Positions 36,569-50,622 of a stretch of 64,000 nt of DNA are shown here, in pieces. This stretch comes from an uncultured Thermotogae bacterium. Its GTDB lineage: Bacteria > Bipolaricaulota > Bipolaricaulia > RBG-16-55-9. Under the pieces are notes generated by a model that had not been told where the DNA came from, searched no databases, and saw only the letters and a program-made list of their open reading frames with translations. Each line of letters begins with the position of its first letter. Positions within the stretch are counted from its first letter, which is position 1. Both the position numbers and the translations under genes were made by a program. Location of the stretch: the NCBI GenBank assembly GCA_964567595.1, contig CAZMNF010000006.1, positions 2,125-66,124 on the forward strand, written 5' to 3'.

Positions 36569-37203
36569 CAGCGCACCCTCCTCTCCAACTCGTCCAGCGC
36601 GGTTGCGGTGACGAGGAGCCACTCGTGGTTGAGAATCTCATACGGATGCACGTTCATCGCCGGCAGGCAGCGGACCCGGGGGATGTTGCTGAACGTCTTG
36701 CGCACCGGCACCGCGTTCTCCGTCTCGGCCACCAGCACGAGCACCTTATCGCGCTCGACCTCGAAGCCCAGCTGCTCTAGCAACGCCAAACCGTCCTTGG
36801 TCTTCGGCGCCTCAAAGCCGAGCTCGTCGATGACCATCAGGCGTTCGCTCTGGACGCGGTCCCGAACCGCCGACCCGAGCGCCGCCCGGCGCATCTTCTT
36901 GGGTAGCGTCAGCTGGTGGTCCTTCGGCTGCGGCGCGAACGTCTTGCCGCCGCCAACCCACAGCGGCGAGCGGCGATCGCCGTGCCGGGCGCGGCCCGTG
37001 TGCTTCTGCGGCCAGGGCTTGCGACTGCTGCCGATGACCTGTCCGCGGGTCTTTACCCGGTGCGTCCCCTGACGCTGGTTGGTCATGTAGCTCCGCACCG
37101 CTCGATGCAGCAAATCCGTGTTGACGGACTTCTCGTGCCAATGGTCGGGGAGGTCGATCTCGTCCTCTCCGCCGGCAAATTGATAGAGGGTCGTCTTAGC
37201 CAT
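36568..37203 (-). CDS. rplD: 50S ribosomal protein uL4
   Basis: RQGTHRVKTRG, KPWPQKHTGRARHG, WVGGG, PKTK. Confidence 0.97.
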   Translation of the reverse strand: MAKTTLYQFAGGEDEIDLPDHWHEKSVNTDLLHRAVRSYMTNQRQGTHRVKTRGQVIGSSRKPWPQKHTGRARHGDRRSPLWVGGGKTFAPQPKDHQLTLPKKMRRAALGSAVRDRVQSERLMVIDELGFEAPKTKDGLALLEQLGFEVERDKVLVLVAETENAVPVRKTFSNIPRVRCLPAMNVHPYEILNHEWLLVTATALDELERRVR

Positions 37204-37828
37204 CGCGCTTACAGAGCTCCAAGACCGCACCTTGAGGGCCGGGAACCCCGCCCTTGAGGACGATCACGTTCTTCTCCGGGTCGACCTTGAGCACCTCGAG
37301 CTTCTGCACCGTGGCGCGACGTTGCCCCATGCGACCCGGCATCTTTTTGCCCTTAAACACCTTGCCCGTGGCCATGATGTTGCCGATCGAGCCGGGCCGG
37401 CGCGGAGAGCGCTTCCCCTCGCCGTGGCTGGCCGCCGCGCCGTGGAAGCCGTAGCGCTTCATGCCGCCTTGGAAGCCTTTCCCTTTGGTGAGACCGCTGA
37501 CGTCAACGCGTTCGCCGACCTCGAACGCGTCCACGCCGATCTCTTGGCCAACCTCGTACTCGGCATCCGCGTCCGCCGGGAACTCGCGCAGGTGCCGTTG
37601 CGGCGTCACGCCTGCCCGCTCAAAATGGCCGAGCTCCGGCTTGTTCACCTTCTTGGCTTCCACCTCGTCAAAGCCGAGTTGAACCGCCTCGTAGCCGTCG
37701 TTGTCATTGTCCTTAACCTGGACAACGACGTTCGGCTCGGCCTCGACGACCGTCGCGCCGACGGCGCGACCCTGCTCGTCGAACCACTGCATCATGCCCA
37801 CTTTTCGGCCCAAAATTCCTGTTGCCAT
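37196..37828 (-). CDS. rplC: 50S ribosomal protein uL3
   Basis: GRKVGM, DGYEAVQ, KGKGFQG, GKKMPGRMG, KGGVPG. Confidence 0.97.
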   Translation of the reverse strand: MATGILGRKVGMMQWFDEQGRAVGATVVEAEPNVVVQVKDNDNDGYEAVQLGFDEVEAKKVNKPELGHFERAGVTPQRHLREFPADADAEYEVGQEIGVDAFEVGERVDVSGLTKGKGFQGGMKRYGFHGAAASHGEGKRSPRRPGSIGNIMATGKVFKGKKMPGRMGQRRATVQKLEVLKVDPEKNVIVLKGGVPGPQGAVLELCKRDG

Positions 37829-37847
37829 AATCGACGTCTCCCCTGGG

Positions 37848-38156
37848 TTAGAGCTTCAGCTCGATGTCAATGCCTGTGGGAAGCTCGATGTCCATGAGCG
37901 CGTTGATCGTCTCGGACGTCGGCTCCTTGATGTCGAGCAATCGCTTGTGGATGCGCCGCTCGAAGTGCTCCATCGCCTTTTTGTTGACGTGCGGTGACCT
38001 GAGCACCGTGTAGTGCTTCATCTCGGTCGGAAGCGGAATCGGCCCGGCGATCTTGGCCCGGGTCTCCTGCGCCGTCTTGACGATGCGGCGCATGGCCTCG
38101 TCAACGAGTTCGTGGTCGTAGCTCTTCAGACGGATGCGAATCTTCTCACGAGCCAT
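37848..38156 (-). CDS. rpsJ: 30S ribosomal protein uS10
   Basis: [30 protein letters not shown]. Confidence 0.98.
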   Translation of the reverse strand: MAREKIRIRLKSYDHELVDEAMRRIVKTAQETRAKIAGPIPLPTEMKHYTVLRSPHVNKKAMEHFERRIHKRLLDIKEPTSETINALMDIELPTGIDIELKL

Positions 38157-38241
38157 GGGCAGCCCCCTGCTGAATCATTCCGATCAACCTCGATCTGCCC
38201 GCATCCCGGGCGCCTTGTGCTCGCTTCCTCGGCCTCATCAT

Positions 38242-40359
38242 TTACGCATTCCCCTCCAGCGCAGCTTCCTTGATGTGGCTCGGCACGATGTCGTAGTGCG
38301 AGAACTTGAACTGATACGTCGCCCGTCCCTGCGTCAGCGACCGCAGAATCGTCGCGTAGCCGAACGTCTCCGCGAGCGGGATGGCCACGTTGATAATCTG
38401 GGTGTTGCCGTGGATGTCGAAGGCGTTCACCTCGGCGCGGCGCGTGTGGAGATCACCGACGATGTCGCCGATGTATTCGGTCGGAGTGACGATCTCGCCC
38501 TCCATGACCGGTTCCAAAAGCTCCGCGCGAGCGCGCTCGAACGCCTGCCGCAGGGCTCGTGCGCCGGCCGTCTTGAATGCGCCTTCGGAGGAGTCCACCG
38601 GGTGCGAGGAGCCGTCGTAGAGCGTCGCCTTCAGGTCAACGACAGGATAACCAGCCAGGGGCCCACTGCCCATGGCTTCCTTGATGCCGGCCTCCACGGA
38701 GGGAATGTACTCGCGCGGAATGACGCCGCCGCGGATCTGATTGTCGAACTCGAAGTCCGAGCCGCGCTCCAGCGGCTCAAAGTGGACATAGACGTGGGCA
38801 AACTGCCCCCGACCTCCCGTCTGTTTGACGAACTTCTCCTCGATGTCGGCCGGCTCCATGAGGGCCTCCTTGTAGGCCACCTGCGGGCTGCCCATGGAGG
38901 CCTCGGTCTTGAACTCGCGCTGGAGCCGATCGAAGAGGATGTCCAGGTGGAGTTCGCCCATGCCGGCGATGATGGTCTGATTGGTGTCCTCGTCCACGTT
39001 GACGCGGAACGTGGGGTCCTCTTGGGCCAGCTTGCCGAGCGCCTGATTGAGCTTCTCCTCCTCGGCGTCGGACTTGGGCTCCACGGCGGCGAAAATGACG
39101 GGCTCGGGGAAGTCGATCTTTTCGAGCAGAATGGGATGATCGGGGTCACACAGAGTATCGCCCGTCGTGACCTCCTTGGGCCCGACGAGCGCGCCGATGT
39201 TCCCCGTCTCCAAGTACCCGACTTGCTCCCGTTTCTCGGCGTGCATCTGGAAGATGCGGCCGACTCGCTCCCGTTTCCCGGTGGAGGCGTTGTGGACGTA
39301 GGAGCCCTCTTCCAGACGCCCGGAGTAGACGCGCACGTAGACGAGCCGTCCCGCATACTCGTCGGTCACAACCTTGAACGCCAGTGCGGTGAGCGGCTCT
39401 TCCGGGCTCGGTTGGCGGGAAATCTCCTGTGGGGCGCCGTCCTCTTCGGCTCTGCTCTGCGGGACGTGGCCCTGGACGGGGGGGAGGTCGAGCGGCGACG
39501 GGAGGTAGTCGACGATCGCGTCGATAATCGGCTGTACGCCGATGTTTTTCAGCGCCGTTCCCCCTAAGACGGGAACGGCGTTGTTGGCGAGCGTCGCTCG
39601 TCGAATCGCCGCCTTGATCTCGTCGATGGAGAGCTCCTCGTCGTCGAGGTACTTCGCCATGACGTCGTCGTCGACCTCGGCCAACGACTCGATCAGCTTC
39701 GTCCGCATGGATTCGGCCCGTTCGCGGTGCTCTTCGGGGATCTCGTTGCGGCTGTATTCGAGTCCCTTGCTGCCCTGATCCCAGAGCAGCAGCTCCATGT
39801 GGAGCAGGTCGATCATGCCCGTGAGATCCTCCCCAACCCCCGTCGGAATCTGGAGCGGGAGCGGGGTCGTCGCGAGCCGCTCCTCCATCATCTCCACCGT
39901 CCGGTCGAACGCGGCGCCCGGTCGATCGAGCTTGTTGATGAACGCGATGCGCGGAATGTCGTATTTGTCGGCTTGGCGCCAGACTTTCTCCGTCTGGGAC
40001 TCCACCATGTCAACCCCGGAGAAGACCGTCACGACCCCGTCCAACACGCGCAGCGAGCGCTCAACCTCGGCGGTGAAGTCGACGTGGCCAGGCGTATCGA
40101 TGATGTTGATCCGATGGCCGCGCCATTCCGTCAACGTTGCGGCGGACGTGATGGTGATGCCGCGATCGCGCTCTTGGTCCATCCAGTCCATCTCGGTGTC
40201 GCCCTCGTCGATGTCACCGAGGTCATGGATGCGCCCGGAGTAAAAGAGGATCCGCTCGGTGGTCGTCGTTTTCCCGGCGTCAATGTGGGCGACGATCCCG
40301 ATGTTGCGCAGGGTCTGGATGAATTTCGTCGTCTCTTTGGTCAGCGTTGCTTGAGTCAT
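38242..40359 (-). CDS. fusA: Elongation factor G
   Basis: AHIDAGKTT, ERDRGITI, DTPGHVDF, NKLD, GMGELHL, KQTGGRGQF, HPVDSS. Confidence 0.98.
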   Translation of the reverse strand: MTQATLTKETTKFIQTLRNIGIVAHIDAGKTTTTERILFYSGRIHDLGDIDEGDTEMDWMDQERDRGITITSAATLTEWRGHRINIIDTPGHVDFTAEVERSLRVLDGVVTVFSGVDMVESQTEKVWRQADKYDIPRIAFINKLDRPGAAFDRTVEMMEERLATTPLPLQIPTGVGEDLTGMIDLLHMELLLWDQGSKGLEYSRNEIPEEHRERAESMRTKLIESLAEVDDDVMAKYLDDEELSIDEIKAAIRRATLANNAVPVLGGTALKNIGVQPIIDAIVDYLPSPLDLPPVQGHVPQSRAEEDGAPQEISRQPSPEEPLTALAFKVVTDEYAGRLVYVRVYSGRLEEGSYVHNASTGKRERVGRIFQMHAEKREQVGYLETGNIGALVGPKEVTTGDTLCDPDHPILLEKIDFPEPVIFAAVEPKSDAEEEKLNQALGKLAQEDPTFRVNVDEDTNQTIIAGMGELHLDILFDRLQREFKTEASMGSPQVAYKEALMEPADIEEKFVKQTGGRGQFAHVYVHFEPLERGSDFEFDNQIRGGVIPREYIPSVEAGIKEAMGSGPLAGYPVVDLKATLYDGSSHPVDSSEGAFKTAGARALRQAFERARAELLEPVMEGEIVTPTEYIGDIVGDLHTRRAEVNAFDIHGNTQIINVAIPLAETFGYATILRSLTQGRATYQFKFSHYDIVPSHIKEAALEGNA

Positions 40360-40410
40360 ATATACTCCGTCGAAATTGAGTCGCGTCGGTCCTCTCTTAA
40401 CCTCGCACGC

Positions 40411-40926
40411 TTACCAGCGATAATGGGCAAAGGCCCGGTTGGCCTCCGCCATGCGGTGGGATTCCTGGCGCTTGTCGTATGCCTTGCCCTGCCCCTCGGC
40501 GGCGTCCATCAGCTCGGCGGCCAGGCGCTCGACCATGGTCCGCTCGCCGCGTTGACGCATGGCGTTGGTGATCCAGCGGAACGCCAGCGTCTTTTGGCGA
40601 TCCTCCGGCACCTCGTAGGGCACCTGATACGACGAGCCGCCCACGCGTCGTGAGCGGGTCTCGAGCTTGGGCATCACGTTGCGCATCGCCTTGTAGAAGA
40701 CTTCCAGCCCCGGCTCGCCGGACCGTTCCGCGGCGAGGTCGAGCGCCTCGTAGACGATCTTGCGGGCCTTCGCCTTCTTCCCATCCTGCATGACGTAGTT
40801 GATCAGCTTCTCGACCAACTTGCTGCCGTAGCGCAAATCCGGGTGGAGGTACGGGGCTTCGTCACGCCCGTAGCGCGCCCCCGGGATCGTTTTCTCCAGC
40901 GTCTGGTCAATCTGATAGTCGGCCAT
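40411..40926 (-). CDS. rpsG: 30S ribosomal protein uS7 (atypical N-terminus)
   Basis: DGKKAKA, RRVGGSSYQVP, HRMAEANRAFAHYRW. Confidence 0.97.
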   Translation of the reverse strand: MADYQIDQTLEKTIPGARYGRDEAPYLHPDLRYGSKLVEKLINYVMQDGKKAKARKIVYEALDLAAERSGEPGLEVFYKAMRNVMPKLETRSRRVGGSSYQVPYEVPEDRQKTLAFRWITNAMRQRGERTMVERLAAELMDAAEGQGKAYDKRQESHRMAEANRAFAHYRW

Positions 40927-40950
40927 AGCGCTCTCGAACAGCCTCGAATC

Positions 40951-41328
40951 CTAGCGTGAGGACGACTTCCTCGTCCCGTACTTGCTTCGACTGGTGCGCC
41001 GCCCCTCGACGCCGGCAGTGTCCAACGCACCGCGCACGATGTGGTAGCGCACCCCCGGCAGGTCCGGCACACGGCCACCGCGCACAAGCACCATGGAGTG
41101 CTCCTGCAGGTTGTGGCCCTCGCCACCGATGTAGCCCGTCACGTACTTGCCGTTGCTCAGCCGCACTCGGGCGACCTTGCGCAGCGCGGAGTTCGGCTTC
41201 TTCGGCGTGCGCGTGAACACGCGCGTGCAGACGCCGCGTCGCTGCGGGCACCCGTCAAGCGAGGGCGACTTGCTCGTTCCGCTCTCGGTCTTGCGGCCCT
41301 TCCGAATCAACTGATTGATCGTCGGCAT
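40951..41328 (-). CDS. rpsL: 30S ribosomal protein uS12
   Basis: [41 protein letters not shown]. Confidence 0.98.
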   Translation of the reverse strand: MPTINQLIRKGRKTESGTSKSPSLDGCPQRRGVCTRVFTRTPKKPNSALRKVARVRLSNGKYVTGYIGGEGHNLQEHSMVLVRGGRVPDLPGVRYHIVRGALDTAGVEGRRTSRSKYGTRKSSSR

Positions 41329-41500
41329 TGTGACTCAACCTCATTTTTCGGGGTCAATTCCGTTTCCCGTACACGTCGTCCCCGCTCGGCTGGACGTTAT
41401 GGCCACTGCTCGCATGAACGCGGAGCGGGACCTCGAGCTCAGACGATCGGAGCATGCAACGAAGGTGAACGGGACGCCCCTGCGGAGCTGAACGGATGTT

Positions 41501-41529
41501 ATTATAGACACCCCTTCAGCCCCTGTCAA
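41501..41529 (-). promoter_or_regulatory. Consensus sigma70 promoter of the rpsL (str/S10/spc/alpha) operon
   Basis: Minus strand TTGACA (41529-41524), N17, TATAAT (41506-41501). Confidence 0.93.
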
Positions 41530-41533
41530 GCGC

Positions 41534-46621
<5,088 letters not shown>

Positions 46622-46869
46622 CTCTTGTCACAAAATTTCCTGTGGCGACGGAACCGCTCGCGAACGATGCCCAAAATGCCGCTACGCGTTCTCGGCACGA
46701 TGATCGATGCACACGGGTTGCTGTACTTTACACGGGTACGTGGGTGCGCGGAGATGTGGATGTTCCACTCAAACCCTAACGATGGAATGCTCGTAACCGC
46801 ATTGCCGACGCGCATCTTTGCCGCTTGCAACCGCCCCAACCGCTCGCCAACTGCAGAGCGGGGCCCATG

Positions 46870-46898
46870 AGTATAACAGACATCCCTCGGATTGCCAA
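46870..46898 (-). promoter_or_regulatory. Dedicated sigma70 promoter upstream of rpoC
   Basis: Minus strand TTGGCA (46898-46893), N17, TGt-TATACT (46875-46870). Confidence 0.8.
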
Positions 46899-46900
46899 CC

Positions 46901-48883
46901 TCAGGGCGCGACGCTTTCCACGTCCTCCTGCGGCAACTCCTGGAAGAACCGCGAGGGACCGTTCAGCGTGAGGCTGCCGTAGAGCGTCCGTTGATGCGCC
47001 AGCGACAGGTAGAGGCGACGGCGCGCGCGGGTCATCCCCACATAGAACAGCCGCCGCTCCTCCTCGAGGTTGCCCTCGGCCACGGCCCGGTTGTGCGGGA
47101 TCAGGTTCTCCTCCACGCCGATCATAAAGACGTAGTCGAACTCCAAACCCTTGGCGGTGTGCAGCGTCATGAGCGCGACACGCTCTTCCTCGTCCTCGAA
47201 GCGATCGGCATCCGTCAACAGCGCAATCTCCTCCAAAAACGAAGCCAAGGTCGGGGCGTCGTGATTGGCCTGGTATTCGCTCATCTGGCCGAGCAGCTCG
47301 CGGACGTTGTTCGTCCGTTCTTCCGCGTCGGCGTCGTTGAGCAGCTCGGCCCAGTAGCCGGAGCGCTCCAGCGTCGACTGGGCCACGTCCGCCGGCGGCT
47401 CCGAGTTGGCCTCGTCACGCAGCCGGTCCAATAGCTTGACGAACTCGGCCACGGCTCGGGCGGGCCGACCGCTCAGATGCTCGCTGTTGCCCTCGGCGAC
47501 GTCCTTCATCGTCGCCCAGAGCGTCTGTCCCGCTTCAGCCGCTGCCCGTTGGAGTTTCCCGATGGTCGTGGCCCCGATGCCCCGCTTGGGACGCTCTAGG
47601 GCCCGCAACAAGTTCATCTCATCGTCCGGATTGACCAGCACCTTGAGGTAGGCCAGGACGTCCTTGACCTCGCGGCGATCGTAGAAGCGCACGCCGCGGA
47701 CGACTTGATAGGGCAAGCGTCGATGCAAGAGAGCTTCCTCCAGCACGCGCGAGAGCGAGTTGACCCGATAGAGAATGGCGATCCGATCGAGGCGGACGCC
47801 ATCGGTCCAGAGCCGAATGATCTCGTCCGCTACTGCTAGGGCCTCCTCGCGCTCGTCCCGAGCGAGGAGATAGCGAATGGGGTCGCCCTCGCCCTGGAAG
47901 TGCGCGTCGCCCCTCTTGGCGCGCGAGGCGTTGTGCGCGATGACGTTGCGCGCCGCGCGAAAGATGCGATCGCCTTGCGGCCAGCGGTAGTGCTGTCGCA
48001 ATTCGACGATTTGAGCATCGGGGAAATCGCGCTCGAATCTCAGGATGTAGTCGGGATTGGAACCACGCCAGCTGAAGATCGCCTGATCCTCGTCGCCCAC
48101 GACGGTCAGACCGGACGCGTTCTCGGCCAACAGCTGTACCAGCACGTACTGCGCGTGGTTGATGTCCTGGTACTCATCGACAAGCAGGTATCGGAACCGT
48201 TCGCGGTAGCTTTGCAACAGGTCCAGGTGCGACCGGAATAGATCAACCGTCAGGCGGATCAAGTCGGCAAAGTCGACGGCGTTGCTGGTCTGGAGAATGG
48301 CCTGGTAGCGCCGATAAATCCGGTCGAGGACTTCCAACATGTAGCCGTCAAAGTATCCGGCATACTGGGCCTTGAATGCGTCCGGCCCGATCAGTTCGTC
48401 CTTGGCACGGCCGATCACGCCCGAGACCATCGCCGGCTTGATCTCCTCCGAGGAGAGGTCCAGCTCCTTAATGGCCCGGCGAATGACGTCCCGTTGGTCG
48501 CTTTCGTCCATGATGGAAAAGTGCCGGCTGTAATGATGATCGAGCTGATGGATGTGCTCGCGCAGGATGCGGGCCCCCGCGGCGTGGAACGTGGAGATCC
48601 ACGGCACCGGATGCTGTCCGCCCAGGAGCTCTTCCACGCGGGCCTTCATCTCGTTGGCGGCCCGGTTCGTGAACGTCACGCCGAGGACCTGCCGAGCGGG
48701 GATCCCCTGCGTCAGCAGATAAGCGACCTTGTGGGTGATCACCCGGGTCTTGCCGCTTCCCGGCCCGGCCAACACGAGGATCGGCCCCCCGATGTGGGTC
48801 ACGGCCTGTTGCTGTTCGGCATTGAGGGGAGCCACAACGGCGTCGACGGCGTCGGTATCGGGAGCAGCAAATCGCGGGTTCAT
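46901..48883 (-). CDS. pcrA: PcrA/UvrD SF1 DNA helicase (no C-terminal Tudor-like domain)
   Basis: AGPGSGKT, TFTNRAA, DEYQD, VGDEDQAIFSWRG, LYRVN, TLHTAKGLEF, EERRLFYVGMTRA. Confidence 0.93.
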   Translation of the reverse strand: MNPRFAAPDTDAVDAVVAPLNAEQQQAVTHIGGPILVLAGPGSGKTRVITHKVAYLLTQGIPARQVLGVTFTNRAANEMKARVEELLGGQHPVPWISTFHAAGARILREHIHQLDHHYSRHFSIMDESDQRDVIRRAIKELDLSSEEIKPAMVSGVIGRAKDELIGPDAFKAQYAGYFDGYMLEVLDRIYRRYQAILQTSNAVDFADLIRLTVDLFRSHLDLLQSYRERFRYLLVDEYQDINHAQYVLVQLLAENASGLTVVGDEDQAIFSWRGSNPDYILRFERDFPDAQIVELRQHYRWPQGDRIFRAARNVIAHNASRAKRGDAHFQGEGDPIRYLLARDEREEALAVADEIIRLWTDGVRLDRIAILYRVNSLSRVLEEALLHRRLPYQVVRGVRFYDRREVKDVLAYLKVLVNPDDEMNLLRALERPKRGIGATTIGKLQRAAAEAGQTLWATMKDVAEGNSEHLSGRPARAVAEFVKLLDRLRDEANSEPPADVAQSTLERSGYWAELLNDADAEERTNNVRELLGQMSEYQANHDAPTLASFLEEIALLTDADRFEDEEERVALMTLHTAKGLEFDYVFMIGVEENLIPHNRAVAEGNLEEERRLFYVGMTRARRRLYLSLAHQRTLYGSLTLNGPSRFFQELPQEDVESVAP

Positions 48884-48930
48884 CGCATCCCTTCTCCTGG
48901 TGGAAAGACGTCAGGTCGCAACGCGCACGG

Positions 48931-49956
48931 TCAGAAGTTGAACTGGACGCAGTGCTCTTCCAACTCGCGCTCGGAGTCGAACGGCGCGATCCGGATGCGG
49001 TTGGTCTGCTCCGAGTGCTCGAAGCGATAGTTGGCCTGCACGCGGTGGCGTGCGCCGATGTCGGCGTGCATGGCCGTGATGCGTGCCGCCAGCTCGATGA
49101 TCTGGAGGACCTCGTAGTCGCTCTTGTCCTGCCAGTTGGCGCGCACAAGAGCGATCGGCCCCTCGCCCATCGCCACGTAGAGGCGCAGATCGTCGGGGAG
49201 GAAGAAAGTCTGCAGGCGACGCTTCTCCTCCTCGTCGCGGCCGAGGACGATCTTGATGTCCGGCTGCTTTTTGTAATAGAGCGGAAATTCCAACAGCTCC
49301 AGCCCGTTGAGCGTCAGATGGTCCTCTTGGAGCAGATCCTCCAGTCGCCGACCGAAGTAGGGCAACAGCAGCTTGCACCGCCGTTCGGCGGGGAAGCCTT
49401 CGCAGTGGATGCCCAAAGACTCCGCGACGCGCGGCAGCTGGTCGTGGCGCGTCTCGTCGTCGAGAGCGTACAGGCGATCCCGATCGACAAGCCCCTCGCG
49501 CTCGGGCTGGGTCGGCGGCAACAGGTGCGCGCTCAAGGGCCGGAGGACGCGGTCGGACGCGCCGGCGTCGCTCGTCAGGTTGAGCACGTCGTCGGCGTGG
49601 AGGCCGCGCGTGCCGACGATCTCGCCCGTGACCAGAAAGTCGGCGCCGACCTTGTGCATGTAGCGAAGTCCCTTCCGGATCATGAGCGTGCGGCAGCCCG
49701 TGCAGCAGCTCTTGCGGTCATATCCGCCCGTGTGGGGAATGTTCGTCAGGTTGGCGAACTCGCGCTTGACCCCCTGGCTCCGGAACGCCGAGTCAAACCA
49801 GCGCTGGCCCAGCTCCTTGGTCTGCTCGTAGTCGCGAAAGAACGGTGAGCGGAAATGGAGCGGTTGGACGTCGTCGACGTTGGGATCGGCCATGACGATC
49901 CGGGCGGCGGCGATGCTGGCCAGACTTCCGGAGAAGAGCGCCACAGCCTTCGCCAT
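48931..49956 (-). CDS. ThiI/MnmA-like PP-loop family protein (DUF814-type) with a degenerate PP-loop
   Basis: AVALFSGSLAS, CTGC, DFLVTGEIVG, VLRPLSAHLLPPTQPEREGLVDR, IVLGRDEEE. Confidence 0.75.
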   Translation of the reverse strand: MAKAVALFSGSLASIAAARIVMADPNVDDVQPLHFRSPFFRDYEQTKELGQRWFDSAFRSQGVKREFANLTNIPHTGGYDRKSCCTGCRTLMIRKGLRYMHKVGADFLVTGEIVGTRGLHADDVLNLTSDAGASDRVLRPLSAHLLPPTQPEREGLVDRDRLYALDDETRHDQLPRVAESLGIHCEGFPAERRCKLLLPYFGRRLEDLLQEDHLTLNGLELLEFPLYYKKQPDIKIVLGRDEEEKRRLQTFFLPDDLRLYVAMGEGPIALVRANWQDKSDYEVLQIIELAARITAMHADIGARHRVQANYRFEHSEQTNRIRIAPFDSERELEEHCVQFNF

Positions 49957-49971
49957 GATGTCGGGCTCCCG

Positions 49972-50511
49972 CTAGTACACGGGCTCCAGGAGCTCGTATT
50001 GGCCGTCCGGGAGGCGTCGCATGATGCTCAACGCGTCCCGCTCGACGTCCATAAAAATGAGGAAGTCCCGCTTCTCGTAGGACTCCAGCTGGATGATCGC
50101 CTCATCGGGCGTCATCGGCTTGCGGACGTAGACCTGTGAGCGCGAGAACGTCCGGCCAGACTCTTCCCCGTGGGACGGCGATTGGGGCGGCTCGGGAGGC
50201 GGGGCTGTCTTCTGTTTCGGGTTCTCGCGGAGCCGGTCCTTTTCCTTGGTGATTTGCGTCTTCAGCTTGTCCACAGCCGCGTCCACCGCCGCGTGCATCT
50301 CCTCGGCTTCGGCGGTCGCTTTGACGATCTTTTTGCGGACAAGATGCCCGATAAGTTCGCACGTCTGGCTGTTCCCCTCGGCATCCAGCACGACGTCGAC
50401 GCTGATGATGCCGTCGACGAAAAAGCGCTCGAGAGGTTCGACCTTATCGAGCACGTACTCTTGGAGGGCGTCGCTTTTCTGAGCGCGTCGGTCGGTTACG
50501 TTGATTTTCAT
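49972..50511 (-). CDS. hpf: Ribosome hibernation promoting factor (long HPF)
   Basis: MKINVT..., EMHAAVDAAVDKL..Q, C-terminal KPMTPDEAIIQL...FLIF...LLEP. Confidence 0.9.
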   Translation of the reverse strand: MKINVTDRRAQKSDALQEYVLDKVEPLERFFVDGIISVDVVLDAEGNSQTCELIGHLVRKKIVKATAEAEEMHAAVDAAVDKLKTQITKEKDRLRENPKQKTAPPPEPPQSPSHGEESGRTFSRSQVYVRKPMTPDEAIIQLESYEKRDFLIFMDVERDALSIMRRLPDGQYELLEPVY

Positions 50512-50528
50512 GGCGTCAACGAGCGAGT

Positions 50529-50558
50529 ATTGTAGCGCAAAGCGCCGCTGGACGTCAA
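50529..50558 (-). promoter_or_regulatory. Sigma70-type promoter for hpf (about 11-nt leader)
   Basis: Minus strand TTGACG (50558-50553), N18, TACAAT (50534-50529). Confidence 0.7.
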
Positions 50559-50600
50559 GCGTGCCCCGTCCGCATGCGGTCGTGGACCCGATGGCCACTC

Positions 50601-50609
50601 TGTTATAAT
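50601..50609 (+). promoter_or_regulatory. Extended -10 promoter for rimI
   Basis: TGT-TATAAT at 50601-50609, overlapping the ORF-track ATG; true start likely 50623. Confidence 0.6.
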
Positions 50610-50622
50610 GGCGGCGAATTCT

